Shown in pieces: positions 44,909-53,892 of a DNA stretch of 64,000 nt. The notes under the pieces were generated by a model. It worked only from the letters and a program-made list of their open reading frames with translations, made no database searches and was not told where the DNA came from. The translations under genes were made by a program, and so were the position numbers. Within the stretch, counting starts at the first letter, position 1. Each line of letters starts with the position of its first letter. Source of the DNA: Candidatus Acidiferrum sp. (lineage in GTDB: Bacteria; Chloroflexota; Dormibacteria; CF-121); contig DATNMH010000068.1 of NCBI GenBank assembly GCA_035602395.1, positions 920-64,919 of the forward strand, read 5' to 3'.

Positions 44909-46225
44909 ATGGGGGAGGGGCCAGGGCCACGGTCCAGGGAACTCCAGGCAGAGCGGGATCGCTACCTGCCGCGCGGCATGTCGTCCGCCATGTCGGTCTT
45001 CGCCGCATCCGGTCACGGTGCGACGCTGACCGACGTCGACGGTCAGACCTACATCGACTTCGCCACCGGCATCAGCGTGATGAATGTCGGGCACGGCCAT
45101 CCCAAAGTGCTCAAGGCCATCAAGGAGCAGGCCGATCGGCTGGTCCACTCGGGCGCCCCAGTGATGATGCCGGAGGCCTACGTGCGCCTGGCCCGACGGC
45201 TTTGCGAGATCGTCCCGGGCGCTTTTCCAAAGAAAGCCTTGCTCCTCAACAGCGGGGCCGAGGCGGTCGAGAATGCCGTCAAGGTGGTGCGCCAGGCAAC
45301 CGGACGGCCGGCGATCATCAGCTTTCACAATTCCTTCCATGGCCGCACCCTGATGTCGATGACGCTGACCGGTAAGGTCGCGCCCTACCGGCAGAACTTC
45401 GGGCCGTACGCGCCCGAGGTCTACCAGGTGCCATACCCGTATGAGTACCGGCGTCCCGCCGGGATGTCGGCCGAGAGTCTGGGCGGCGCCTGCGTCGAGG
45501 CGGTCCGACAGCTCTTCAAGACCACCGTTGGCGCGGATCGGGTGGCCGGCATCCTGGTCGAACCGGTCCAGGGGGAGGGGGGCTTCGTGGTGCCGCCGCC
45601 CGATTTCCTACCGGCGCTGCGTACGCTCTGCACCGATTACCAAATCCCGCTGATCGCCGACGAGGTGCAGACGGGGTTTGGCAGGACCGGAAAAATGTTC
45701 GCGGTCGAGCACTCGGGGGTCGAGCCCGACCTGGTCGTCCTGGCGAAATCGCTCGGCGGCGGGCTGCCGCTGGGCGCGGTGGTCGGTCGGAGCGAGCTGA
45801 TGGACGCGACCAACCCCGGCGGCCTCGGCGGGACGTTCGGCGGCAACCCGGTCGCCTGCGCCGCGGCGCTGGCGGTCATCGACGCGCTGATCGACGAGAA
45901 GCTGCCGCAGCGCGGTAAGGGGCTGGGCGATCGGGCGTTGGCCCGTATGCGCGGCTGGCAGGATCGTCATCCGCAGGTCGGCGACGTTCGCGGTTTGGGC
46001 GCCATGGTCGCGATGGAGCTGGTCACGGATCGTGCAACCCGCGAACCCGCCGGAGCGCTGACCAATGACGTTTTGCGGTACTGCCACGCGCACGGGCTGG
46101 TGCTCCTCAAGGCCGGCCTTTACGACAATGTGATCCGCCTGTTGTTCCCGCTGGTCATCAGCGAGCAAGAACTCGATCGCGGTCTCGACATCCTCGAAGA
46201 GGCGCTGGTTTCAGTCGACGCCTAA
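44909..46225 (+). CDS. gabT: 4-aminobutyrate aminotransferase (class III PLP aminotransferase)
   Basis: DEVQTGFGRTGKMFA, VLAKSLGGGLPLGA (PLP Lys), GTFGGNPVACAAAL. Confidence 0.9.
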   Translation: MGEGPGPRSRELQAERDRYLPRGMSSAMSVFAASGHGATLTDVDGQTYIDFATGISVMNVGHGHPKVLKAIKEQADRLVHSGAPVMMPEAYVRLARRLCEIVPGAFPKKALLLNSGAEAVENAVKVVRQATGRPAIISFHNSFHGRTLMSMTLTGKVAPYRQNFGPYAPEVYQVPYPYEYRRPAGMSAESLGGACVEAVRQLFKTTVGADRVAGILVEPVQGEGGFVVPPPDFLPALRTLCTDYQIPLIADEVQTGFGRTGKMFAVEHSGVEPDLVVLAKSLGGGLPLGAVVGRSELMDATNPGGLGGTFGGNPVACAAALAVIDALIDEKLPQRGKGLGDRALARMRGWQDRHPQVGDVRGLGAMVAMELVTDRATREPAGALTNDVLRYCHAHGLVLLKAGLYDNVIRLLFPLVISEQELDRGLDILEEALVSVDA

Positions 46226-46243
46226 CCCGTTGGTGCCACCCTG

Positions 46244-46615
46244 GTGATGAGCGTTACGGCGGCCGCCAGCAGCACCTATACCGACTCGATCCACGGCACG
46301 GAGCCGCCGAATGCGACGCAAACCGAGGGACAGTTCGTTGGCGAGGCGACCGGTAGTCTCGCCGGCGCCTGGTACATCGACGTCACGCACCAGGTTTTAT
46401 CGAATAACTCGACGCCCGTTGCCATCACCCGCGGCCACTTCCGCCTCAGCACCGTCATCAATTACTCGCCCGAGGAGATCCTTGGTTCATTCACACTGTG
46501 GCATGGGTCCGTCAAGCAACTCGACGGCTTCAGCGGTTGTACCAACCAGCACTACCAGGTGCACGGCGACTTGAGCAACGTCGGCGTCGACTGGGGGACC
46601 GGCTCGGGATTCTAG
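46244..46615 (+). CDS. Hypothetical protein
   Basis: 123-aa ORF with no motif recognised. A 9-bp-stem hairpin follows at 46634-46657. Confidence 0.5.
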   Translation: MMSVTAAASSTYTDSIHGTEPPNATQTEGQFVGEATGSLAGAWYIDVTHQVLSNNSTPVAITRGHFRLSTVINYSPEEILGSFTLWHGSVKQLDGFSGCTNQHYQVHGDLSNVGVDWGTGSGF

Positions 46616-46675
46616 ATCATCCGGCATCATACGGGCGGCGGTTTCGCGACCGCCGCCTGTACACTTCCAAGCCTT

Positions 46676-47650
46676 ATGGCCAGCCCGCGTACGGCCGCGG
46701 TGATTCGGCCGGTTGAGCCGGCGGACCTGGTGTCGTGGCTCAGCCTGGTCAACCAGGTCCGCTACTGGCAGGACGACGTCGAGGCGTTGCGGTTCGACGA
46801 CAGCCTGCGGCCGCCAGACGAGCCGATCCTGCGGCTCGGAGCATGGGCTGCGGATGGGGCGCTGGCCGGAGTGGCCGAGGCGGCACTGAGTGAAGACGGT
46901 TCGCGATATGAGGACCGTGCCGCGGGGCTGGTCGCTGTAGCTCCAGCGCATCGACGCCAGGGTCTTGGCGCTCGACTGGCCGACGAGGTCGAAGGTTTTG
47001 CCGCGTCGAATGGCGTGAGATGGGTGGAAGCCGAGGTCCGAGAGGGCAATCTTCCGGTTGCCCTCCCGTTCGTCGGCGCGCGCGGCTACGTGGAGCTGGA
47101 ACGCTATCGAACCTCCGTCCAAACGCCCTCTACGGTGGACCTGAGTGGACTGACGACATTGCGAAGCCGCCTCGAAGCCGGTGGGATTGAAATCGTGGCC
47201 TTCCCGGCCATCGACTCGCCCGCTGCGCGCGAGGAGCTTTATCGAGCAACCGTGCAAATCTGGCGGGACATGCCCCATGAGCCGCACGTGAACTGGGAGG
47301 ACCCGACACTGGAGACCTTTACGCGCACCATCTTCGAGCGGTCCTCGGTGCTGCTCGACGGATTCTTCGTCGCTCGGGATGGTGACCGGATCGTCGGACT
47401 GTCCTATCTCGCGCGCCGTCCGGACGAGGATGCCGAAGTCGGCGACACCGGCGTCCTGCGCGATTACCGGCGACGCGGGATCGCTCGCGTCCTGAAGATG
47501 ATGGTGACGCGCTACGCCACCGACCACGGGATCAAGCGCGTGCATACCGACAATCGGGCCGACAACGCCGGCATGCTCGCGATCAACCGGGAGCTCGCCT
47601 TCGTCCCCGGTGAGCAGATCGTGATCTTCGAGAAGACCCTGACGCCATGA
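46676..47650 (+). CDS. Tandem-GNAT N-acetyltransferase (MshD-like architecture)
   Basis: Two acetyl-CoA motifs, RRQGLGARLADEV and YRRRGIARVLKMM. Confidence 0.8.
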   Translation: MASPRTAAVIRPVEPADLVSWLSLVNQVRYWQDDVEALRFDDSLRPPDEPILRLGAWAADGALAGVAEAALSEDGSRYEDRAAGLVAVAPAHRRQGLGARLADEVEGFAASNGVRWVEAEVREGNLPVALPFVGARGYVELERYRTSVQTPSTVDLSGLTTLRSRLEAGGIEIVAFPAIDSPAAREELYRATVQIWRDMPHEPHVNWEDPTLETFTRTIFERSSVLLDGFFVARDGDRIVGLSYLARRPDEDAEVGDTGVLRDYRRRGIARVLKMMVTRYATDHGIKRVHTDNRADNAGMLAINRELAFVPGEQIVIFEKTLTP

Positions 47651-48879
47651 CCGAGTTGCTTCGGCTTCCGGCGCGCGGGAGCGCGGCATACCGGAAGCTG
47701 GTGAGCCGCCGGCCCGTGACCGGAGAAATCCAGGATCAGGTCGGTGGCATCCTTGGCGCCGTCCGGGACGGTGGGGACCGCGCGCTCCTCGACTTGACCG
47801 AACGCTACGACGGGGTCCTCCTGACGACCAGCCGGGTTCCCAAGGAGGCCTGGCAGGTGGCGCTCGATCGGCTCGAGCAGAGCGTTCGTGAGGCGCTGAC
47901 CGAAGCCATCCGCCGCATCGAGGCGGTTCACCGGGCTCAGCAGTTTCACGAAGAGACCGTCAGCGTCGCGCCGGGCGTCCAGGTGTGGCGCGAATGGCGT
48001 GCCTTCCGCCGAGTCGGCCTCTACGCGCCCGGTGGCCGCACCGTTTACCCGTCGTCAGTCCCGATGATGGCGGTGCCGGCGCGGATTGCCGGCTGCGCGG
48101 AGATCGTGCTCTGCTCCCCGCCGCAGCGCGACGGGCAGGTCGCGCCCGCCATCCTCGCTGCTGCCGCGCTGTCCGGCGTCACCGAGATCCATGCGATTGG
48201 GGGCGCCCAGGCGATCGCGGCGCTCGCCTACGGGACAGAGAGCATCCGCCGGGTCGACAAGATCGTCGGCCCAGGCAATGCCTATGTCACGGCAGCCAAG
48301 CTACAGGTCGTGGGTGACGTCGCGATCGACATGCCGGCGGGGCCTTCGGAAGTCGTCGTCATCAGTGACGGCTCTGCCAACCCGCAATGGCTGGCCGCCG
48401 ACCTCCGCGCCCAGGCCGAGCATTCGCCCGATGCGATCGCGGTCTTGGTGACAACCGCACCGGCGGACGCCGCGGTGCTCGAGGATATGCCCGGGGGGCA
48501 GGTCAGAGGCTTCCATTGCGAGACCCTCGCCGAGGCGATCGCCTTTGCCAATGACTTCGCCCCTGAGCACCTGACGCTCGCCTGTCGTGAGGCGCGGCGC
48601 TGGCTTGCGCAGGTGATGGCGGCTGGCTCGGTTTTCGTAGGGCCATATGCGCCGCCGGCCGCCGGTGATTACGCGACCGGGGCCAATCATGTGCTCCCCA
48701 CCGGCGGCGCCGCTCGAAGCTTCGGCGCGCTCGGTGTACGCGACTTTGGGCGCGCGATCCAGGTGCAGGCAATCGATCCCCGCGGCATCGAAGCCATCGC
48801 CGCGGTCACCGATGTGCTGGCGCGGCTCGAAGCGCTGCCGTGGCACGCGCGCTCGGTGCGTCTGCGATCTGAGACCTGA
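47647..48879 (+). CDS. hisD: Histidinol dehydrogenase
   Basis: IGGAQAIAALAYGTESI..VDKIVGPGNAYV, QAEHSPDA, GDYATGANHVLPTGG. ATGA overlap with the GNAT gene. Confidence 0.9.
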   Translation: MTELLRLPARGSAAYRKLVSRRPVTGEIQDQVGGILGAVRDGGDRALLDLTERYDGVLLTTSRVPKEAWQVALDRLEQSVREALTEAIRRIEAVHRAQQFHEETVSVAPGVQVWREWRAFRRVGLYAPGGRTVYPSSVPMMAVPARIAGCAEIVLCSPPQRDGQVAPAILAAAALSGVTEIHAIGGAQAIAALAYGTESIRRVDKIVGPGNAYVTAAKLQVVGDVAIDMPAGPSEVVVISDGSANPQWLAADLRAQAEHSPDAIAVLVTTAPADAAVLEDMPGGQVRGFHCETLAEAIAFANDFAPEHLTLACREARRWLAQVMAAGSVFVGPYAPPAAGDYATGANHVLPTGGAARSFGALGVRDFGRAIQVQAIDPRGIEAIAAVTDVLARLEALPWHARSVRLRSET

Positions 48880-48914
48880 GGGCGAACACCAGCAGCGGCG
48901 ATAATGTCTCGGGC

Positions 48915-49721
48915 ATGAGCGTGGGCACGCGAACAGGAGATTCCGGTCTTAGCACCCAGTCACAGGGGTTCGCGATCGTCGTCGACGGATTGCGAAAACG
49001 GTACGGGAGCCTGGTGGCGGTTGACGGCATCTCGTTCAGGGTCAAGGAGCGCGAGATCTTCGGACTGCTCGGCCCCAACGGTGCTGGCAAGACGACCACG
49101 GTCGAGATCCTCGAGGGCCTACGCGGCGCGGACGAAGGCCAGGCGCTGGTCGCCGGGATCGACGTCCGGAAGGATCCGGACAAGGTCAAGAGCCTGATCG
49201 GTGTGCAGCTGCAATCCTCGGCGTTCTTCGATGGCCTGAGCCTGATCGAGCTGCTCGACATGTTCGGGGCGCTCTACCATCGCACGGTCGACGCGATGGC
49301 GATCCTGAAGAAGGTAGACCTCACCGAGAAGGCGCGCTCGACGGTCACCAAGCTGTCGGGCGGCCAGAAGCAGCGCTTCAGCATCGCGACGGCGCTCGTC
49401 AACGAGCCGCAGATCCTCTTCCTCGACGAGCCCACGACCGGCCTCGATCCGCAAGCGCGTCGCAACCTGTGGGAGCTGGCGGAATCGATCCGGTCGGAAG
49501 GACGGACCATTTTCCTGACCACTCATTACATGGATGAGGCCGAAACGCTCTGCGACCGGGTCGCGATTATGGACCACGGCAAGATCCTGGCGATGGAGCC
49601 CCCCGACACCCTGATCCAGCGGCTGCTCGACAAGGGGTTCCACAAGGATCGGGTGGAGCGCTCGGCGAATCTCGAGGATGTCTTCCTCGACATGACCGGG
49701 CACGGGTTGCGCGAAAGCTGA
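48915..49721 (+). CDS. ABC transporter ATPase (ABC-2/DrrA-like)
   Basis: LLGPNGAGKTTT, LSGGQKQRFSIA, FLDEPTTGLD. Confidence 0.9.
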   Translation: MSVGTRTGDSGLSTQSQGFAIVVDGLRKRYGSLVAVDGISFRVKEREIFGLLGPNGAGKTTTVEILEGLRGADEGQALVAGIDVRKDPDKVKSLIGVQLQSSAFFDGLSLIELLDMFGALYHRTVDAMAILKKVDLTEKARSTVTKLSGGQKQRFSIATALVNEPQILFLDEPTTGLDPQARRNLWELAESIRSEGRTIFLTTHYMDEAETLCDRVAIMDHGKILAMEPPDTLIQRLLDKGFHKDRVERSANLEDVFLDMTGHGLRES

Positions 49722-49722
49722 C

Positions 49723-50805
49723 GTGACGCGCAGTCCCTTCGTCATGCTGACCTGGTCGTCGCTGAAGGCGTATTTCCGCAACCGCGGCGCCATCTTCTTC
49801 AGCCTGCTGGTGCCGCTGATGATCATGGGGATCTTCGGCCTGATCAACTTCGGGAGCGGCACCCCCAGCGTCAATATCGGCGTCGTCGACCAGGCGCACA
49901 ACCAGGTCAGCAGTACGATCATCAGCAGCCTCAAAGGCATCAAGGCCGTCAAGCTGCACACCGGCGGCCTCGACAGCGAGAAGCACGAGCTGCAACAGGG
50001 GAGCCGGGATCTAGTCGCCGTGCTGCCGGCATCGATCGGCCAGGGCTCGACCGCGATCACCGCCTATTACAACCAGGGCAATCCGCAGAATTCGCAGGTC
50101 GCGATCGCGATCATGAATCAGTTCGTCGATCGCGCCTCGTTCGCGTTCGCCGGCATCACGCCGGCCCTGACGCTGGATTCCAAGCCGGTGCAGAGTCGCA
50201 ACGTGACCTATGTGGACTTCCTGGTGCCGGGGATGATCGCGCTGTCGATCATGCAAACGGGGCTGTTCGGCGTCGTCTTCACCTTCGTCCAGTGGAAGCA
50301 GCGCGGCATTCTCCGGCGCCTGATGGCCACGCCGATGCGGGTTCGCGATTTCTTTTTCTCGCAGCTGGTCACCCGGATGACGACCGTTGCGCTGCAGATC
50401 GTCGTCTTGCTGGCGGTGGGCTACTTTCTCCTGCATTTTCACTTCGCGGGCAACGTGCTCTACCTGCTGATCGTCGGCATCATCGGCGGCGGCATCTTTC
50501 TGGCGATGGGCCTGGCCATCTCCGGGGCATCCAAGAGTGAGGAGACCGCAGCGCCGATCGCCAACCTCGTGTCCCTGCCCTTGATGTTTCTCTCCGGCAT
50601 TTTCTTCTCGCGCTCCAACATGCCGGACTGGCTGCAGACCGTCACGCAGTATTCGCCGCTGACGTATGTCTCAGATGCGCTGCGCAGCATCAGCGTCGAC
50701 GGTGCCTCCCTGTGGGCGATCCGAGGTGACATGCTCGGCATCTTCGTGTGGCTCGCCATCGCGGTGGTGCTGGCGACTCGGCTATTCAAGTGGGAGGTGG
50801 TCTGA
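49723..50805 (+). CDS. ABC-2 type transporter permease
   Basis: N-terminal TM, large extracytoplasmic loop and five C-terminal TM segments. GTG start 1 nt after the ATPase stop. Confidence 0.85.
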   Translation: MTRSPFVMLTWSSLKAYFRNRGAIFFSLLVPLMIMGIFGLINFGSGTPSVNIGVVDQAHNQVSSTIISSLKGIKAVKLHTGGLDSEKHELQQGSRDLVAVLPASIGQGSTAITAYYNQGNPQNSQVAIAIMNQFVDRASFAFAGITPALTLDSKPVQSRNVTYVDFLVPGMIALSIMQTGLFGVVFTFVQWKQRGILRRLMATPMRVRDFFFSQLVTRMTTVALQIVVLLAVGYFLLHFHFAGNVLYLLIVGIIGGGIFLAMGLAISGASKSEETAAPIANLVSLPLMFLSGIFFSRSNMPDWLQTVTQYSPLTYVSDALRSISVDGASLWAIRGDMLGIFVWLAIAVVLATRLFKWEVV

Positions 50806-51206
50806 TGGCGGTCGAGCTCAGTCCGAAAATGGAGGCTTTCACCCAGGAGGTATTTCCGGTAATCATCGGGACCAATCGCAAGGACGGCAGCGTCGAGATG
50901 GTGCCCGTGTGGTTCGAGCAGAAAGACGGATCGTTCTGGATCAACGGCGGCACGAATCGCGGTTGGTTCAAACACCTCCAGCGCGACCCACGCGTCACGC
51001 TCCTGCTGATCGACCCGAAGGAAATGTTTCGCTGGGCGCAGGTGGAGGGGCGGATGGTCAATTGGGCCGAAGACAAGGGTGGCGACCACATCAACCACCT
51101 ATCCCATCGGTACCTGAAGAAGGATTACCAGGGCCCGCGTACCGGCCGGATCACCATCCAGATCGAGCCGTTGCGCGTCACCGGGGCGATCGATGGCCGG
51201 AGGTAA
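50805..51206 (+). CDS. PPOX-class (pyridoxamine 5'-phosphate oxidase-like) F420/FMN-binding protein, paralog 1
   Basis: ATG 50805 overlaps the permease TGA. VIIGTNRKDGSVEMVPVWFEQKDGSFWING... Confidence 0.75.
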   Translation: MAVELSPKMEAFTQEVFPVIIGTNRKDGSVEMVPVWFEQKDGSFWINGGTNRGWFKHLQRDPRVTLLLIDPKEMFRWAQVEGRMVNWAEDKGGDHINHLSHRYLKKDYQGPRTGRITIQIEPLRVTGAIDGRR

Positions 51207-51606
51207 CATCGCGTCGGCGCTGAGTCCTGCGGTCCAGAAGCTGGCGGCCTTGCCGATCCCGGTCGTCGTTGCGACCAAGCGGGTCGACGGGTCGGTGCAA
51301 TTGAACCCCGTGTGGTTCGAGCTCAAAGACGGCTTCATCTGGCTGAACAGCAACACCAATCGCTCCTGGCCGAAGAATCTCCAACGCGACCCCGAGCTCA
51401 CCATGCTGCTCGTCGATCCGAAGGTGCCCGACCGCTACGCCCAAATCCGCGGCCGCCTGGTCAGCCTGATCCCGGATCCGCAGCACGAGTTCATCGACCA
51501 CCTGTCCGAGCGCTACACGGGCAAGAAATTCCGTGAGCTGGAACCGGACGAGCACCGCGTCACCCTCAAGATCCAGCCGGTCACTGTGACCGGCGCGATG
51601 ATCTAA
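51193..51606 (+). CDS. PPOX-class F420/FMN-binding protein, paralog 2
   Basis: VVVATKRVDGSVQLNPVWFELKDGFIWLNS... is colinear with paralog 1. 14-nt overlap. Confidence 0.75.
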   Translation: MAGGNIASALSPAVQKLAALPIPVVVATKRVDGSVQLNPVWFELKDGFIWLNSNTNRSWPKNLQRDPELTMLLVDPKVPDRYAQIRGRLVSLIPDPQHEFIDHLSERYTGKKFRELEPDEHRVTLKIQPVTVTGAMI

Positions 51607-53876
51607 GAGCGTTCCTTGATCGCGGACCAGATTCGAAAGGGCGAGAGCGGCATCTCGAGCTGATGGATCCCGAGGGGGCGGAGCGCGTCCATCACGGCAT
51701 TCGCGACCGCCGGGGTTGATCCGGTCGTCCCACCTTCCCCAATGCCTTTGACGCCCAGCGGGTTGTTAGGGCTGGGGGTCACGGTTCGCTCGGTTTCGAA
51801 CATCGGCAGGTCGGCCGCGGTGGGGAGGAGGTAGGTGGTCAGGTTGCCGGTCAGGAGTTGCCCTTCCTCGTCGTAGACGACGCCTTCGAAGAGTGCCTGG
51901 GCGAGGCCTTGTGCGATCGCGCCGTGAACCTGCCCGTCAACGATCATCGGGTTGATGACGGGGCCGCAGTCGTCGACCGCGACGTAGCGGAGGACCCTGA
52001 CCGCGCCGGTCTCACGGTCGACCTCGACGTGCGCCAGGTGCGCGCCAAAGGGAAAGACCTCGGCGGGCGCCTCGAACTCCCTGTTGGCCGAGAGCTCCGG
52101 CTGACGCCCGGCTTCGATCGCCCAGGTGGCGAGCTGTTGGAGCGACATCGCGCGCGCCGGCACCCCGCGGACCTGCAACCGGCCGGCCTCGAGGACAACA
52201 TCGGCTGCGGCGGCCTCGAAGGCGGCGGCCGCTAACGCGCGTAGTTGGGTGGTCAGCGCCGCCACCGTTTCGTGAACCGCCGAACCGGACAGCGCCGCGC
52301 TCCGACTTCCGAAGGTGCCGATCGCGTACGCCGGGAGGTCGCTGTCGCCGAAGACGACCTTGATCCGATCGACCGAGACCCCGAACTGGTCGGCCGCGAT
52401 TTGGGCCCAGGTGGTCTGATGCCCCTGGCCGTGGGGGGTGGAGCCGGTGATGACGGTGATCATTCCATCGGACTCGAGGCGCACGGTGGCCTGGTCGGCC
52501 TCGGTCCCGGCCGCAATCTCGACGTAGGTCGCGATGCCGATCCCCTGCAGCTTCCCGTCGTCACGAGCCCGACTTTGGGCCTCGCGCAGCTGCCGGTAAC
52601 CGGCCACCTCCACCAACCGCCGCAAAGTTCCCGCATAGTCCCCACTGTCGTAGGTCAGCTTCCCTGCGTTCGTGTAGGGAAATTCGGACGAGCTGATGAA
52701 ATTCCGCAGGCGCAGCTCGATCGGATCGATGCCCAGTTCTCCGGCGAGCCGGTCCATCATCCGCTCGATCAAGAACGCCGCCTCCGGCCGGCCGGCGCCC
52801 CGATACGGGCCCGTCGGGGCGGTGTTCGTGTAGACACCCATGACGCTGCTCTGCGACGCCGGGATGCGGTAGCACCCCGTCTGCAGGTCCGGGGTGACGA
52901 GGGGAATGAAGGCGCTGTAGACCTCGAGGTGACCACCCATATCGGCGAGGATGCGCGACCGGATGGCGAGGACGGTGCCGTCCCGCTTGGCCGCAAGCTC
53001 GATCTCTTGCAGTTGACCGCGCCCGTGCCAGGTCACGGCGCAGTTCTCCCAGCGTTCCTCGATCCACTTGACGGGTCGGCCGAGGCGCCGAGCGGCCTCC
53101 GCGACGGCAATCTCCTCGCCCATGGATCCGCCTTTACTCCCAAAGCCGCCCCCTACGTCCTCGACGATGACGCGAACCTTGTCCTCCTCGAGTCCGAGGC
53201 ACTCGGCGACGGTGTCGCGGACGCCGTAGGTCGATTGCGATGAAACCTGTACGGTCAGGCGCTCGCGGTCCATCCACGCCAAGGCGCCACGCGGCTCGAG
53301 GGGGGCGGGGATCAAGCGTTGGTTGACGAGGCGCTCCCGGACGACGACCTCAGCCTGGTCGAAGGAGCGTTTGACCGCCCCCCGCTTCAACTCCTTGCGG
53401 AAGGCGACGTTGCTACCAAGCTCCGGGTAAAGGAGAGGCGCGCCCTCCTGGAGCGCGCGCTCCATGTCGGTGACCACCGGCAGCGGCTCGAGGTCCAGCT
53501 CGATCAGTTCGAGGGCGTCGCGCGCCTCGGCCAGCGATTCCGCGACCAGCATCGCGACCGCCTCGCCGGCGTGTCGGACCCGACCGCTCGACAGCACGGG
53601 ACGCTCGGGGAGCGCCATGCCTTCGACCCCCGCTTCGATCCGGAGTGGTTTCAGGTTCTTGAGGTCCGCAGCCGACCAGGCCGCCACGACGCCCTTGGCC
53701 TTTCGCGCCGCGGCGAGGTCGAGGCGGCCGATGCTGGCGTGGGCGAGATGACTTCGTAGAAACACCAGGTGCAGGCAGTTGGCGGGCTGCAGGTCGTCGA
53801 CGTAACGCCCGGCACCGCGAATCAGGTGTGGATCTTCGACGCGGCGGATCGACGAACCAAAAACCGGTGTAGTCAC
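51603..53876 (-). CDS. Molybdopterin-binding large subunit of a xanthine dehydrogenase/CoxL-family hydroxylase
   Basis: RRVEDPHLIRGAGRYVDD N-terminus, PYRGAGRPEA loop, GIGEGGTTG near the C-terminus. Confidence 0.9.
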   Translation of the reverse strand: MTTPVFGSSIRRVEDPHLIRGAGRYVDDLQPANCLHLVFLRSHLAHASIGRLDLAAARKAKGVVAAWSAADLKNLKPLRIEAGVEGMALPERPVLSSGRVRHAGEAVAMLVAESLAEARDALELIELDLEPLPVVTDMERALQEGAPLLYPELGSNVAFRKELKRGAVKRSFDQAEVVVRERLVNQRLIPAPLEPRGALAWMDRERLTVQVSSQSTYGVRDTVAECLGLEEDKVRVIVEDVGGGFGSKGGSMGEEIAVAEAARRLGRPVKWIEERWENCAVTWHGRGQLQEIELAAKRDGTVLAIRSRILADMGGHLEVYSAFIPLVTPDLQTGCYRIPASQSSVMGVYTNTAPTGPYRGAGRPEAAFLIERMMDRLAGELGIDPIELRLRNFISSSEFPYTNAGKLTYDSGDYAGTLRRLVEVAGYRQLREAQSRARDDGKLQGIGIATYVEIAAGTEADQATVRLESDGMITVITGSTPHGQGHQTTWAQIAADQFGVSVDRIKVVFGDSDLPAYAIGTFGSRSAALSGSAVHETVAALTTQLRALAAAAFEAAAADVVLEAGRLQVRGVPARAMSLQQLATWAIEAGRQPELSANREFEAPAEVFPFGAHLAHVEVDRETGAVRVLRYVAVDDCGPVINPMIVDGQVHGAIAQGLAQALFEGVVYDEEGQLLTGNLTTYLLPTAADLPMFETERTVTPSPNNPLGVKGIGEGGTTGSTPAVANAVMDALRPLGIHQLEMPLSPFRIWSAIKERS

Positions 53877-53892
53877 AGCGATGAAGTCTAAG

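Noticed and set aside
44909-44935. gggggaggggccagggcc at the gabT start as an eighth copy of the repeat element
   Set aside because: It lacks the C-tract arm and the conserved tail. It is just G-rich coding sequence.
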